Assembly: GCA_016280855.1 (NCBI GenBank)
Contig: JAEEHP010000105.1
Location: 19,100-83,099, forward strand
From: Bacteroidaceae bacterium
GTDB lineage: Bacteria; Bacteroidota; Bacteroidia; Bacteroidales; Bacteroidaceae
Length of the DNA stretch: 64,000 nt
Direction: 5' to 3'
Shown: positions 17,075 through 26,231 of the stretch, one piece after another
Position numbering within the stretch: the stretch's first letter is position 1
How the letters are laid out: the number at the start of each line of letters is the position of its first letter
Made by a program: the position numbers and the translations under genes
The notes under the pieces: model-generated
Told to the model about the DNA's origin: nothing
The model's database searches: none
What the model saw: only the letters and a program-made list of their open reading frames with translations

Positions 17075-17352
17075 GCACGAAGTACAAGCTGTGCATCACC
17101 GGTGAGTGCAAGCAGAACATGAAGCTATGTAAGCGACGTGGACTGCCTATGGACAAGTTGTGGACTGTCGTGGGTAAATTGCTCAATGGCGAGCAACTCG
17201 AAGAAAAGTACAAGGCCCATGTTCTGACAGGCAACCGTAAGGGACAATGGGAGTGCCACATCCAGCCTGACTGGCTCCTCATTTGGGAAATACGTAATCA
17301 AGAGCTTGTCCTTGTGCTCTTAAATTCGGGCACCCATTCAGACTTGTTCTAA
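17071..17352 (+). CDS. yafQ: type II toxin-antitoxin system YafQ family toxin (RelE/ParE superfamily mRNA interferase)
   Basis: 93 aa. ...HVLTGNRKGQWECHIQPDWLLIWEIRNQELVLVLLNSGTHSDLF matches the characteristic YafQ C-terminal pattern. Confidence 0.8.
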   Translation: MSTKYKLCITGECKQNMKLCKRRGLPMDKLWTVVGKLLNGEQLEEKYKAHVLTGNRKGQWECHIQPDWLLIWEIRNQELVLVLLNSGTHSDLF

Positions 17353-17442
17353 TACCCTCGGCACCCGATTTCCGGGCTTCGCCGAGGGCATTTTTGTGAT
17401 GCAATGTGTATTTTTGCATGTTATAAAAGATCAGCGAAGCTC

Positions 17443-17530
17443 ACCAAGGTTCTCCAAGCGAAATACCAAGGTTTTCCAGCCGAAACACCAAGGTGTTCCA
17501 AGCGTAACACCAAGGTGTTCCAACTTACCC
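17443..17530. repeat. tandem array, 4 x 22 bp (ACCAAGGTKYTCCARSCGAAAY)
   Basis: The ACCAAGGT anchor occurs at 17443, 17465, 17487 and 17509. Confidence 0.9.
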
Positions 17531-17532
17531 AC

Positions 17533-17664
17533 CTATGTTCTCGAGCTGACTCGCCTATGTATTCGAGCTGACTCGCCTATGTATTCGAGCTGACTCGCCT
17601 ATGCCTTCGAGCTGACTCGCCTATTCCTTCGAGCCGTCCCGGTTATACCTTCGAGCAGTCCCAC
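17533..17664. repeat. tandem array, 6 x 22 bp (CTATGYMTTCGAGCTGACTCGC)
   Basis: The TCGAGC anchor occurs at 17541, 17563, 17585, 17607, 17629 and 17651. The last two units are degenerate. Confidence 0.9.
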
Positions 17665-17733
17665 ATAGGGGGATGGGAGGCATCGATGAAAAATAAAGTG
17701 GCGATTCTTTGGTGTGGAATCGGAAATAATGTG

Positions 17734-17741
17734 TATCTTTG
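17734..17741 (+). promoter_or_regulatory. -7 promoter box TATCTTTG (amn)
   Basis: TAnnTTTG match 24 nt upstream of the ATG at 17765. Confidence 0.5.
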
Positions 17742-17764
17742 CGGCAAGATTAAAAGAAATAAGC

Positions 17765-18541
17765 ATGAAAACGAAAAAAGAAATTGTTGAGAATTGGCTG
17801 CCGCGATACACCAAGCACCCGTTGGAGGACTTCTCTAACTTGGTGTTGCTGACCAACTTCAACAACTATGTTGACCTCTTTTGTGAGCACTTCGGCATCG
17901 AGGCTCCGGCTTACGACGCCAATATGCGTATGGCTACGGCCGACGGCATCACGATGATCAACTTCGGCATGGGTTCGCCCAATGCCGCCATCATCATGGA
18001 CCTGCTGAGTGCCATCGCTCCGCGCGCCTGCCTCTTCCTGGGCAAGTGCGGCGGCATACCTCAGAAGGTGAAGATGGGCGACCTGATCCTTCCGCTGGCG
18101 GGCATCCGCGGCGAGGGAACGTCGAACGACTACTATCCGCCCGAGGTGCCGGCGCTGCCGGCCTTCATGCTGCAGCGTGCCGTGAGCTCTGCGATCCGCG
18201 ATGCCGGACACGACTACTGGACGGGAACGGTCTATACGACCAACCGCCGCATCTGGGAGCACGACGAGAAGTTCAAGGATTACCTGCGGACGACGCGCGC
18301 CATGGCCGTGGATATGGAGACGGCGACGCTCTTCACCACGGGCTTTGCCAACCATATCCCTACGGGAGCCTTGCTGCTCGTCTCGGATAACCCGATGACA
18401 CCCGACGGCGTCAAGACGGCGGAGAGCGACCAGAAGGTCACGACCAACTTCGTACATGACCACGTCACCATCGGCATCCAGGCTCTCGAGAAGATCAAGA
18501 AGGAGGATAAGACGGTCAAGCACCTGAAGTTCGATTGGTGA
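17765..18541 (+). CDS. amn: AMP nucleosidase (short, catalytic-domain-only form; PNP/UDP phosphorylase fold)
   Basis: MKTKKEIVENWLPRYT...GMGSPNAAIIMDLL...GKCGG...AVDMETATLF is the nucleoside phosphorylase fold in the Bacteroidota short-Amn pattern. Confidence 0.7.
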   Translation: MKTKKEIVENWLPRYTKHPLEDFSNLVLLTNFNNYVDLFCEHFGIEAPAYDANMRMATADGITMINFGMGSPNAAIIMDLLSAIAPRACLFLGKCGGIPQKVKMGDLILPLAGIRGEGTSNDYYPPEVPALPAFMLQRAVSSAIRDAGHDYWTGTVYTTNRRIWEHDEKFKDYLRTTRAMAVDMETATLFTTGFANHIPTGALLLVSDNPMTPDGVKTAESDQKVTTNFVHDHVTIGIQALEKIKKEDKTVKHLKFDW

Positions 18542-19560
18542 TGGCTAAGAAGGCAGGCATCAGTTATCAGGAGATCGTGCGTCAGGTGAGGGCAGGGCAG
18601 TTCAGCCCTATCTACTACCTGATGGGCGATGAGGCGTACTACATCGACCGCCTCTCGGAATATATCGTTGAGCAGGCGCTCAGCGAGGATCAGCGTGACT
18701 TCAACCTGACGATTCTCTATGGCCCGCAGACGACGGGCGAGGAAGTCGTCAATGCCGCCAAGCGCTACCCCATGATGGCGGAGCGTCAGGTGGTGGTGGT
18801 CCGTGAGGCGCAGAGCCTCCCTCATAAGGAGGTGCTGGCTTTCTACGCCCAGAAACCGATGCCTTCCACGGTGTTGGTGATGTGCCACAAAAATGGTACG
18901 TTAGACCGCCGTACGGGCCTTGCCAAGGACCTCGAGAAGGCTGGAATCGTCTTCGAATCGCGCAAACTTTACGACCGTGAACTGCCTGATTTCGCAAGCA
19001 GTTATGTGCGTCGTAAGGGCTCTGAGATTGCGCCAGAAGCGTGCCAGATCATCTGCGAATACGTAGGCGCGGATCTCAACCGCCTTTCGGGCGAGTTGGA
19101 CAAGCTGATCCTGGCCGTGGGCGAGGGGCGTCGCATCGATGCCCAAACCATACAGGACAATATCGGCATCAGCAAAGAGTTCAATTCCTTCGAGCTGGTG
19201 ACGGCGCTCTCGTTGAAGGATGTGATGAAGGCAAATCGCATAGTGAAATATTTTGATAGCAATCCTAAGAACTTTGCCCTGCAGCCGACGCTTGCCGTTC
19301 TCTTCAAATTCTACTCCGATCTGATGCTCGCATACTATGCTCCCCAGAAGACGGAGGAGGGTATTGCCGCCTGGCTCGAGCAGAGTGTGTGGCAGGTGAA
19401 GCGGAACATTATGCCGGCCATGAGAATCTATTCGGCGATGAAAGTGTATGAGATTATCGATCGAATACGCCGAACAGACGGTGCATCGAAGGGGGTAGGA
19501 GGTCAAAAAACGACCGATGGAGCCCTGTTGAAAGAGCTCGTTTTTTTCATTCTTCACTAA
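18535..19560 (+). CDS. holA: DNA polymerase III subunit delta
   Basis: 341 aa. QFSPIYYLMGDEAYYID..., a YGPQTTGEEVVNAAKRYPMMAERQVVVVREAQ segment, and delta-subunit length and layout. Confidence 0.8.
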   Translation: MVMAKKAGISYQEIVRQVRAGQFSPIYYLMGDEAYYIDRLSEYIVEQALSEDQRDFNLTILYGPQTTGEEVVNAAKRYPMMAERQVVVVREAQSLPHKEVLAFYAQKPMPSTVLVMCHKNGTLDRRTGLAKDLEKAGIVFESRKLYDRELPDFASSYVRRKGSEIAPEACQIICEYVGADLNRLSGELDKLILAVGEGRRIDAQTIQDNIGISKEFNSFELVTALSLKDVMKANRIVKYFDSNPKNFALQPTLAVLFKFYSDLMLAYYAPQKTEEGIAAWLEQSVWQVKRNIMPAMRIYSAMKVYEIIDRIRRTDGASKGVGGQKTTDGALLKELVFFILH

Positions 19561-19620
19561 TTTGTATCTATTTTGTCGGAAAATAGCTACAGAATATTTA
19601 GCCCTTATTGCACTTGAAAC

Positions 19621-19642
19621 AAGCCTCTTAGGAGGCTTTTTT
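19621..19642 (+). terminator. intrinsic terminator after holA
   Basis: AAGCCTC-TTAG-GAGGCTT followed by TTTT. Confidence 0.65.
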
Positions 19643-20310
19643 GTGCGCTGAGAATGGCTCGAAACGAAAGTCTCTCCGGACGTTCGAGCTTGTGCTTTTC
19701 GTGACCATTTTCGAGCGGCAAGGTTCGACTTTACGTTTGTTGACATTTTGAGAGATAAATGACGGTCAAAGAACTAAACGCGCGAATTTAAAAACGTAAA
19801 CAAACCGAGGGCCGTTCTGATTTGTGAATAGGAATTTCATTTCCGTGAATTTACAATTCGAATACGCGAATATGCAGATTTGAATATATGAATGAGTGAA
19901 TATTTATATCCATATACCATTGTAATACCCATTAAATCAACGAAAAACAAAGATGTATACACGTATATTCACGATATGTATGTCAATATTCTGGAATATC
20001 ATGCGCTCGGAAATGATTTCTGGGTTGTTGGTGTGATTTATATTGTTTATAACCATTGATATACGGGATTTGGTTTAAGCGGTTTCTTTAAGGAATACAG
20101 TAATGTAACCATTTAGTTTTGTGTTTCTAAACACGAACACGTGAACACCTGTGTTTGTATTTGTGTACTACCACTTTTTGAACAGTGAGAAAAATAAATT
20201 TTAAAGATTTTGCTCTTAAAATTTGGAAGTTAAAACAAAATTCATTTACTTTGCAGCGTCAAAGTGATAAATGCTATATAAAGGACAGTAAAATATAAGG
20301 AGTTTCGTCA

Positions 20311-20778
20311 ATGAAAGAACGCATACGTCAGATCCAGGAATTGCAGCGGATGTCTCAGCGCGAGTTCGCAGCAGCCCTTGGAATTTCTCCTTCTTCGCTG
20401 TCGAGCATCTACAATGGCCATACGTCACCGACCAATAATCAAGTGCAGGCCATCCATCGTCGCTTCCCTGAGATCAACACCGACTGGTTGTTGTTTGGTG
20501 ACGGCGATATGGTTCGCATGAGTCAGGATAGTCAAACAGGTTCGTCGGGAGATGACGATGAGAGCGAAGGCGTTCGCTCAGCTGACTCCCCTGCATCGCA
20601 GGCAATCAGCAATCCCGATGGCGACTCGATACAACACCCCGTGTCAGAAAGTGCTTTGCCCAACCAAGTAATCATCCGCGAGACGGTGAAATATGTTGAC
20701 AAGCCGCAACGTAAGATAACAGAGATTCGTGTCTTCTACGACGATGGAACATTCGACACGTTCTCCGGGTCACGGTGA
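20311..20778 (+). CDS. XRE-family helix-turn-helix protein
   Basis: N-terminal HTH (MSQREFAAALGISPSSLSSIYNG), a Ser/Asp-rich linker, and the conserved tail ITEIRVFYDDGTFDTF. Confidence 0.7.
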   Translation: MKERIRQIQELQRMSQREFAAALGISPSSLSSIYNGHTSPTNNQVQAIHRRFPEINTDWLLFGDGDMVRMSQDSQTGSSGDDDESEGVRSADSPASQAISNPDGDSIQHPVSESALPNQVIIRETVKYVDKPQRKITEIRVFYDDGTFDTFSGSR

Positions 20779-20898
20779 TTGACGAGGGGTCTTTATTCAC
20801 TTTATCATTAGAATCATCCTTTATTCATATTTCACTTTTACCCAAGAATGCTGGCCGCAACCTCTCTTTTCTACTCCTTATTTTCTGAGCGGCCAAAA

Positions 20899-20938
20899 GG
20901 GGGCTTAACCCGTGAGGGCGCGAGCTCCCCTTTTTTTT
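20899..20938 (+). terminator. GC hairpin plus T8 tract (terminator-like) downstream of the HTH gene
   Basis: GGGGGCTTAACCC-GTGA-GGGCGCGAGCTCCCC followed by TTTTTTTT. Confidence 0.55.
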
Positions 20939-20987
20939 AGATAAGGGCGAGAGTTGGAGGCGCGCGAATACGCGCTACACCCAACCA

Positions 20988-21080
20988 GCGGCAGAGGATT
21001 AGCGGAAGGCTACCTCGACCTGCGGCAAGCATTAACGGAAGGCTACCTCGACCTGCGGCAGAGGATGAGCGGAAGTTTGG
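20988..21080. repeat. tandem repeat, about 2.7 x 33-34 bp (GCGGCARAGSATKARCGGAAGGCTACCTCGACCT)
   Basis: The GCGGCA anchor occurs at 20988, 21022 and 21055, directly upstream of pyrK. Confidence 0.85.
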
Positions 21081-21102
21081 AGATAAAAAGATAATAGTTA
21101 TT

Positions 21103-21870
21103 ATGAAGAAATATATTCTTGACCTTGAACTGCGGCATATCAGTGAGCCTCGTCCCGGTTATGCCGTCCTTCAGTTGACCGATCCTCGCGGGCCTTTGCC
21201 GGCGATGGTTCCCGGTCAGTTTGTAGAGGTTCGCGTCGATGGGTCACCTTCGACCTTCCTTCGCCGCCCTATCAGCATCAACGTTGTGGATCGCGAGGCT
21301 AATGAGCTGTGGCTGCTCGTTCATGCTGTCGGCGAAGGCACGCGGACGCTGGCACACCTGAAGGAAGGTGACGTTGTCAACGTCGTGTTGCCCCTGGGGC
21401 ATGGGTTCACCATGCAGGCGTCTAAGAGCTATTTGCTGGTTGGCGGGGGTGTAGGAACAGCGCCGTTGCTGTATCTAGGACAGGAATTGGTGAGTATGGG
21501 CTGTAAGCCTACGTTCCTGCTCGGAGCGCGAACGGCAGATGACCTGCTGCAGCTCGATTTGTTCCGGCGTCTGGGCGAGGTCTTCGTGACAACGGAGGAC
21601 GGCAGCGACGGCGAACGCGGGTTTGTGACTCAGCATAGCCTGTGGACGTCGGCTTCGTTTGACCGCATTTGCACTTGTGGTCCTAAGCCGATGATGGTTG
21701 CCGTGGCTCGCCTGGCCCGCGAGAAGGGCATTGCCTGTGAGGCGTCGCTCGAGAATATGATGGCTTGCGGATTGGGAGCCTGTCTGTGCTGTGTCGAGGA
21801 CACAACGGACGGAAATGTGTGCGTCTGTAAGGAAGGTCCTGTGTTTTCCACCGATAAACTGAAATGGTAA
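21103..21870 (+). CDS. pyrK: dihydroorotate dehydrogenase electron-transfer subunit
   Basis: 255 aa with FAD/NAD-binding fold motifs ([14 protein letters not shown]) and a C-terminal 2Fe-2S Cys cluster CGLGACLCC...C. Confidence 0.85.
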   Translation: MKKYILDLELRHISEPRPGYAVLQLTDPRGPLPAMVPGQFVEVRVDGSPSTFLRRPISINVVDREANELWLLVHAVGEGTRTLAHLKEGDVVNVVLPLGHGFTMQASKSYLLVGGGVGTAPLLYLGQELVSMGCKPTFLLGARTADDLLQLDLFRRLGEVFVTTEDGSDGERGFVTQHSLWTSASFDRICTCGPKPMMVAVARLAREKGIACEASLENMMACGLGACLCCVEDTTDGNVCVCKEGPVFSTDKLKW

Positions 21871-22778
21871 TGGCAGATTTGAGCATAGCAATAGGGAATC
21901 TGAAGCTGAAGAATCCCGTAATGACAGCTTCCGGCACTTTCGGCTACGGCCTTGAGTTTGCCGATTTCATAGATCTCAGCCGTCTTGGCGGCATTATCGT
22001 CAAAGGAACTACGCTTGAGCCTCGTCAGGGCAATCCCTACCCTCGTATGGCAGAGACCGCACAGGGCATGCTGAATTGTGTGGGGCTTCAGAACAAAGGC
22101 GTGGATTACTTTTGCGAGCATATCTATCCTGAGGTGCGCAAGAACGACACCGCCGTGCTGGTGAATGTGAGCGGTCACAGCGTCGAGAGCTATGCCGAAT
22201 GTGCCCGTCGCATCGCCGCCCTTGAGGATATCCCAGCGATAGAACTGAATATCTCGTGCCCTAATGTCAAGCAGGGAGGCATGGCTTTCGGCGTGACGCC
22301 TGAGGGTGCCTCGAGTGTCGTGAAGGCCGTTCGTGCCGTTTATCCCAAGACATTGATCGTGAAGCTCTCGCCCAACGTGACGAATATCGCTGAGATAGCA
22401 CGTGCCGTAGAGGCCGAGGGCGCTGATGCCGTATCGCTGATCAATACGCTCATGGGAATGGCTATCGATGCGGAGCGTCGCCGTCCTGTGCTGAGCATTG
22501 GCACCGGAGGCCTGTCCGGTCCTGCCGTTAAGCCTGTGGCCCTGCGTATGGTCTGGCAGGTTTACGATGCGGTGAAGATTCCCATTGTGGGCCTTGGAGG
22601 GATCATGAACGCCACGGATGCTATAGAGTTCCTGCTGGCCGGAGCTACGGCCGTGGAAATCGGTACGGCCAACTTCATCGACCCCGCAGTGACGATGAAG
22701 GTCATCGACGGCATCGAAGACTATCTCGGCCGCCATGGCTTCAGTTCCGTGCGCGACCTCATCGGTGCAGCCCATTGA
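21864..22778 (+). CDS. pyrD: dihydroorotate dehydrogenase, class 1B catalytic subunit
   Basis: [15 protein letters not shown]..., [19 protein letters not shown]. It overlaps the pyrK stop. Confidence 0.9.
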   Translation: MVMADLSIAIGNLKLKNPVMTASGTFGYGLEFADFIDLSRLGGIIVKGTTLEPRQGNPYPRMAETAQGMLNCVGLQNKGVDYFCEHIYPEVRKNDTAVLVNVSGHSVESYAECARRIAALEDIPAIELNISCPNVKQGGMAFGVTPEGASSVVKAVRAVYPKTLIVKLSPNVTNIAEIARAVEAEGADAVSLINTLMGMAIDAERRRPVLSIGTGGLSGPAVKPVALRMVWQVYDAVKIPIVGLGGIMNATDAIEFLLAGATAVEIGTANFIDPAVTMKVIDGIEDYLGRHGFSSVRDLIGAAH

Positions 22779-22817
22779 CCTTGTCTTCGTGTTCAATCAT
22801 CAATCGCATTTCCTTTT

Positions 22818-23798
22818 ATGTATCTTCGTCGTTCCGATCGCCGTGTACTCACCCTGATTATCGCTGTCGTTGTAGCGTTTTGGGGTGGAGTGATCTTAGA
22901 ACGTCGTCTTTCCCGCACTTCGTCTCCTTTGGCAACGCTCGACGAAGCGGCCATGGATACGCTCGCCCCTTCCTCGCAGCCTCTTTCCTCGCAGCAGCCG
23001 TCTTCTTCTCAACCTTCACCTTTTGCTCCGCTTCCTGCCTCATTTACGTTTGACCCGAACACGGCGGATTCTGCCACACTTATGCGTGCCGGTTTGCGCG
23101 ATTGGCAAGTTCGCAATCTCTTGAAATACCGTTCGCGTGGAGGCCGTTATCATCGTGTGGAGGACTTCAAGCGGTTGTATGGTATGACACCTGAACTCTA
23201 CGACCGGCTTGCTCCCCATATTCGTATCTCCAAGCAGTTCCGCTACTACGAGGAATCGGACTTTGCGGCTGAGGATGCCCGTCGTGATGCCCGTCGTGCA
23301 GCCCGCCAGGCGCATTACGACTCCTTGCAGCTTCGTCGCGAGGAGAATGCGTTGGCACGTAAAGATTCGCTGGAGCGCATATATTCCCGTCAGGAGAAGT
23401 TCACGGAGTTGGTGCAGCTCGATCTTAATGCCGTAGATTCTGCGACGTTGAAGAAGGTTCCGGGCATCGCTTCCTACCGTGCGCGTCAGATTCTGCGTTA
23501 TCGCGATCGTCTTGGCGGCTTCGTCAGCATTACCCAGCTCTCAGAAATCGAGAACTTCCCTGCTGACGAGCTCGCTTCGTGGTTCAAAGTGGAGCGCGGT
23601 GTCCTGCGTCATCTGAAAATCAACAGCGCCAGCGTAGCCGATCTTGGCCGTCATCCTTATATCGGTTTTGCCCGTGCTCGAGCCATTGAAACCTATCGTC
23701 GCACGAACGGCACGATTCACTCCCTCGCCGAGCTTCGTCTGCTGCCAGAGTTCACCGATGATGTCATCAGACGGATAGAGCCTTACATTGAGTATTGA
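22818..23798 (+). CDS. helix-hairpin-helix (ComEA-like) DNA-binding protein
   Basis: N-terminal TM segment followed by three HhH-type repeats (e.g. LNAVDSATLKKVPGIASYRARQILRYRDRLGGF). Confidence 0.65.
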   Translation: MYLRRSDRRVLTLIIAVVVAFWGGVILERRLSRTSSPLATLDEAAMDTLAPSSQPLSSQQPSSSQPSPFAPLPASFTFDPNTADSATLMRAGLRDWQVRNLLKYRSRGGRYHRVEDFKRLYGMTPELYDRLAPHIRISKQFRYYEESDFAAEDARRDARRAARQAHYDSLQLRREENALARKDSLERIYSRQEKFTELVQLDLNAVDSATLKKVPGIASYRARQILRYRDRLGGFVSITQLSEIENFPADELASWFKVERGVLRHLKINSASVADLGRHPYIGFARARAIETYRRTNGTIHSLAELRLLPEFTDDVIRRIEPYIEY

Positions 23799-23816
23799 AA
23801 GGCCCTGTTAAAGACC

Positions 23817-23847
23817 AACGCCGATGCGACCAAGTCACATCGGCGTT
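23817..23847. terminator. bidirectional hairpin between convergent genes
   Basis: AACGCCGATG / 11-nt loop / CATCGGCGTT, a 10-bp perfect stem with no clear U-tract. Confidence 0.45.
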
Positions 23848-23872
23848 GTCGTAAAAGGCTTTTAGCAAAAGT

Positions 23873-24520
23873 CTATTTCTTGAGGCTGAATCCGACTTTC
23901 ATGCCGTCGTAGCTTCCTCCGAACACGCTGGCTACGGTGCCGAGTGCGCCCGTCTTGCCGAGGAGCTGTCCGACGCCGTTCAAGACGCTGAGGAGTTTGT
24001 CGGCATCGTAGAGCAGGCAGAGGTTTGTGCCGTCCATACCTACGGTACAGGTCTGGTTCATGATACCGAGCGTTCCGTTGAGGCTCAGTGTCTTGGTGTT
24101 GCGGTCGTAGGCGTAGGTGCCGGAGGAGATTGTGCGTCCCTTCGTGGAGATGGTGAAGGTCTTGTCCTGATTGAAGGTGTAGGTTGTCGCGCCCTTGGTG
24201 ATGCCCACCTTCGAGAGATACTTGTCGAGGCTCTTCTCAATCGACTGGGCCATCACGGTACCACCGGCTTTGGTGAGGAGGCTCTCGCTCTCGAACCGCA
24301 CCTGTGGTTCCTGGTAAGTCCAAGTGCCCACGAAGCTCTGTTCGGTGATGGCGTTGGAGAGCAGTCCTCCGAGCAGGTTCTCGAGAATGGCAGCGCCGGC
24401 GGTGATGAGGTCAGTGTTGCCGCCCGTGGTGCCCGTGGAGGAGCCTGAGCCGAGGTTCATGCAGCTGTTGAGGCTGAGTGCTCCTGCGATGATGGCTGCT
24501 AAGATGGTGTTTTTTCTCAT
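23873..24520 (-). CDS. DUF4923-like lipoprotein (lipocalin-like)
   Basis: Lipobox LSLNSC, a Gly/Ser/Thr-rich linker, then GTWTYQEPQVRFESESLLTKAGG... It is a paralog of 58780..59388. Confidence 0.6.
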   Translation of the reverse strand: MRKNTILAAIIAGALSLNSCMNLGSGSSTGTTGGNTDLITAGAAILENLLGGLLSNAITEQSFVGTWTYQEPQVRFESESLLTKAGGTVMAQSIEKSLDKYLSKVGITKGATTYTFNQDKTFTISTKGRTISSGTYAYDRNTKTLSLNGTLGIMNQTCTVGMDGTNLCLLYDADKLLSVLNGVGQLLGKTGALGTVASVFGGSYDGMKVGFSLKK

Positions 24521-25440
24521 AATTGTGTAGTGTTAGAGGGTGTGTTGAACAGTTTCATGAAATCGCGGGGAAAGGGTGTCTCGAAGTTCATGACTTCGCC
24601 TGTGCGAGGATGGTAGAAGTCGAGACGGTAGGCGTGCAGGCATAGCCGTCCGATGGGGTCGTTGCCATCGCCGTACTTCTTGTCGCCGAGCACGGGATGC
24701 CCGATGTCCTGCATGTGGACGCGAATCTGGTTCTTGCGTCCCGTCTCGAGTTTCAGCTCCACGAGCGAGCATCGCGGCGAAGTCTTGAGCGTATGATAAT
24801 GAGTGACAGAGAACTTGCCACCTCCGGGATCGGTGTCAGAGGAATAGGTGATGAAGGCTTTATTATCCTTGAGCCACGATTCGATGGTTCCTCCTTCGCG
24901 CTCCATCTCTCCACTGACGACAGCGACATAACGGCGGTCGAAGACGATGTCGTGCCAGTTGTCCTCGAGGATTTTGGCTATCTCCAGGTTCTTGGCGTAC
25001 ATCATCAGTCCGCTGGTCTCGCGGTCGAGGCGGTGCACGGTGTGTGCGGTGCATTTGAAATGACGCTTCTGGAAATACTCGTCGAGGACTTGTTTGGCCG
25101 AGTACTGTTTCGCCGTGGCGGGCATGGAGAGGATGCCTTCGCTCTTCTCGATGACTACGAGATCCTTGTCCTCATAGACGATTTTCACGTACTTGTTGAG
25201 CAACTGGTTCGACCGTTTATGCTTGCTGACGCGTACGATTTGCCCGGGGTGCAGCGGCTCGTCGTAGCGTGTCGTGTTGCGGCGGTCCACGGTGATGCCG
25301 TGCCCTGTCAGGATATCCTTGGCACGGTTGCGCGTGAGGCTCATCGCCTTGATCAGGAACTCGAGCAGCGTCGTCTCTTCACGCACGGTGAGTTCGTTGT
25401 ATTTCGAAGCCGCGTATTCTGCACCTGTCTTATTTCTCAT
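24517..25440 (-). CDS. RluA-family pseudouridine synthase with N-terminal S4 domain
   Basis: Catalytic HRLDRETSGLMMYAKN motif, an S4-like N-terminus, and KNQIRVH near the C-terminus. Confidence 0.85.
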   Translation of the reverse strand: MRNKTGAEYAASKYNELTVREETTLLEFLIKAMSLTRNRAKDILTGHGITVDRRNTTRYDEPLHPGQIVRVSKHKRSNQLLNKYVKIVYEDKDLVVIEKSEGILSMPATAKQYSAKQVLDEYFQKRHFKCTAHTVHRLDRETSGLMMYAKNLEIAKILEDNWHDIVFDRRYVAVVSGEMEREGGTIESWLKDNKAFITYSSDTDPGGGKFSVTHYHTLKTSPRCSLVELKLETGRKNQIRVHMQDIGHPVLGDKKYGDGNDPIGRLCLHAYRLDFYHPRTGEVMNFETPFPRDFMKLFNTPSNTTQL

Positions 25441-25729
25441 AGTCTTTCTTGCGTTTAGGGTTCATCGGGAACCAGCCTCGCTGGACGCGCTTGTGCTGTT
25501 GAAAGACTTCGTGAATCCCCCAAAGGGACGAGAAGGCCACTACGCCGAAGACGATGCTGACGTAGTTGTTCTCAACAAAGAGTGATGCGCATAGGAACAG
25601 GAGCCCGACCAAGAGGAAAGCCCACCACGACCGGCGGCCGAAGTAATATTCGGCTTTGATGACGATGGGGTGGAAGATTCCGATGGTGAGGAAAGTGACT
25701 AGTCCGATAATGATTCCGTATAAGTTCAT
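25430..25729 (-). CDS. small integral membrane protein (DUF4491-like)
   Basis: 99 aa, three TM helices, a basic tail, and the conserved position next to rlmH. Confidence 0.5.
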   Translation of the reverse strand: MNLYGIIIGLVTFLTIGIFHPIVIKAEYYFGRRSWWAFLLVGLLFLCASLFVENNYVSIVFGVVAFSSLWGIHEVFQQHKRVQRGWFPMNPKRKKDYEK

Positions 25730-25732
25730 AAT

Positions 25733-26206
25733 TTATTCGTGATGATAAGGTTCTCCGCGTAGGATGGTATGGGCACGGTAGAGCTGTTCGACGAAGATGA
25801 GGCGTATGAGTTGATGGGAGAAGGTCATCTGCGAGAGGGAGATCTCCTCCTTTGCCAATGCATGAATCGAGGGGTCGAAACCGTAAGGGCCGCCGACGAT
25901 GAAGACGATGCGGCGTGCTCCGGTGTTCATGCGTTTCTGCAACCAGGTCGCGAAGTCCATTGAGCGTCGTTCCGTGCCATGTTCGTCGAGCAGCACGACG
26001 TAGTCAGCGGGTTGCAGCTGCTTCTTGATGAGCTCTGCCTCCATCGTCTTCTGCTGTTCCATCGTTAAGGCTCTGGTGCTGCGCAGCTCGGGGATGACAT
26101 CGATGGAGAACGGCACATAGTGCGTCAGGCGGCTTGAGTAGTCGTCGATGAGCGCTTGTACGTGACGGTCTGTTGTCTTTCCGATGACGAGGAGGGAGAG
26201 GCGCAT
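25733..26206 (-). CDS. rlmH: 23S rRNA (pseudouridine1915-N3)-methyltransferase RlmH
   Basis: 157 aa SPOUT fold. IVGGPYGF...LSQMTFSHQL...EQLYRAHTILRGEPYHH. Confidence 0.9.
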   Translation of the reverse strand: MRLSLLVIGKTTDRHVQALIDDYSSRLTHYVPFSIDVIPELRSTRALTMEQQKTMEAELIKKQLQPADYVVLLDEHGTERRSMDFATWLQKRMNTGARRIVFIVGGPYGFDPSIHALAKEEISLSQMTFSHQLIRLIFVEQLYRAHTILRGEPYHHE

Positions 26207-26231
26207 GGGGGGGGAGTGAAATTAGTTGAGA

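Noticed and set aside
17443-17664. CRISPR array hypothesis for the 22-bp tandem arrays here and at 7228, 34419 and 3742.
   Set aside because: The units are directly adjacent, with no unique spacers between them. The repeats degenerate at the ends, there are no cas genes, and 22 bp is shorter than typical CRISPR repeats.
20246-20428. 60-aa minus-strand ORF overlapping the start of the HTH gene.
   Set aside because: It is antisense to a gene with a clear XRE HTH motif, is at minimal length, and extends into the AT-rich non-coding island.
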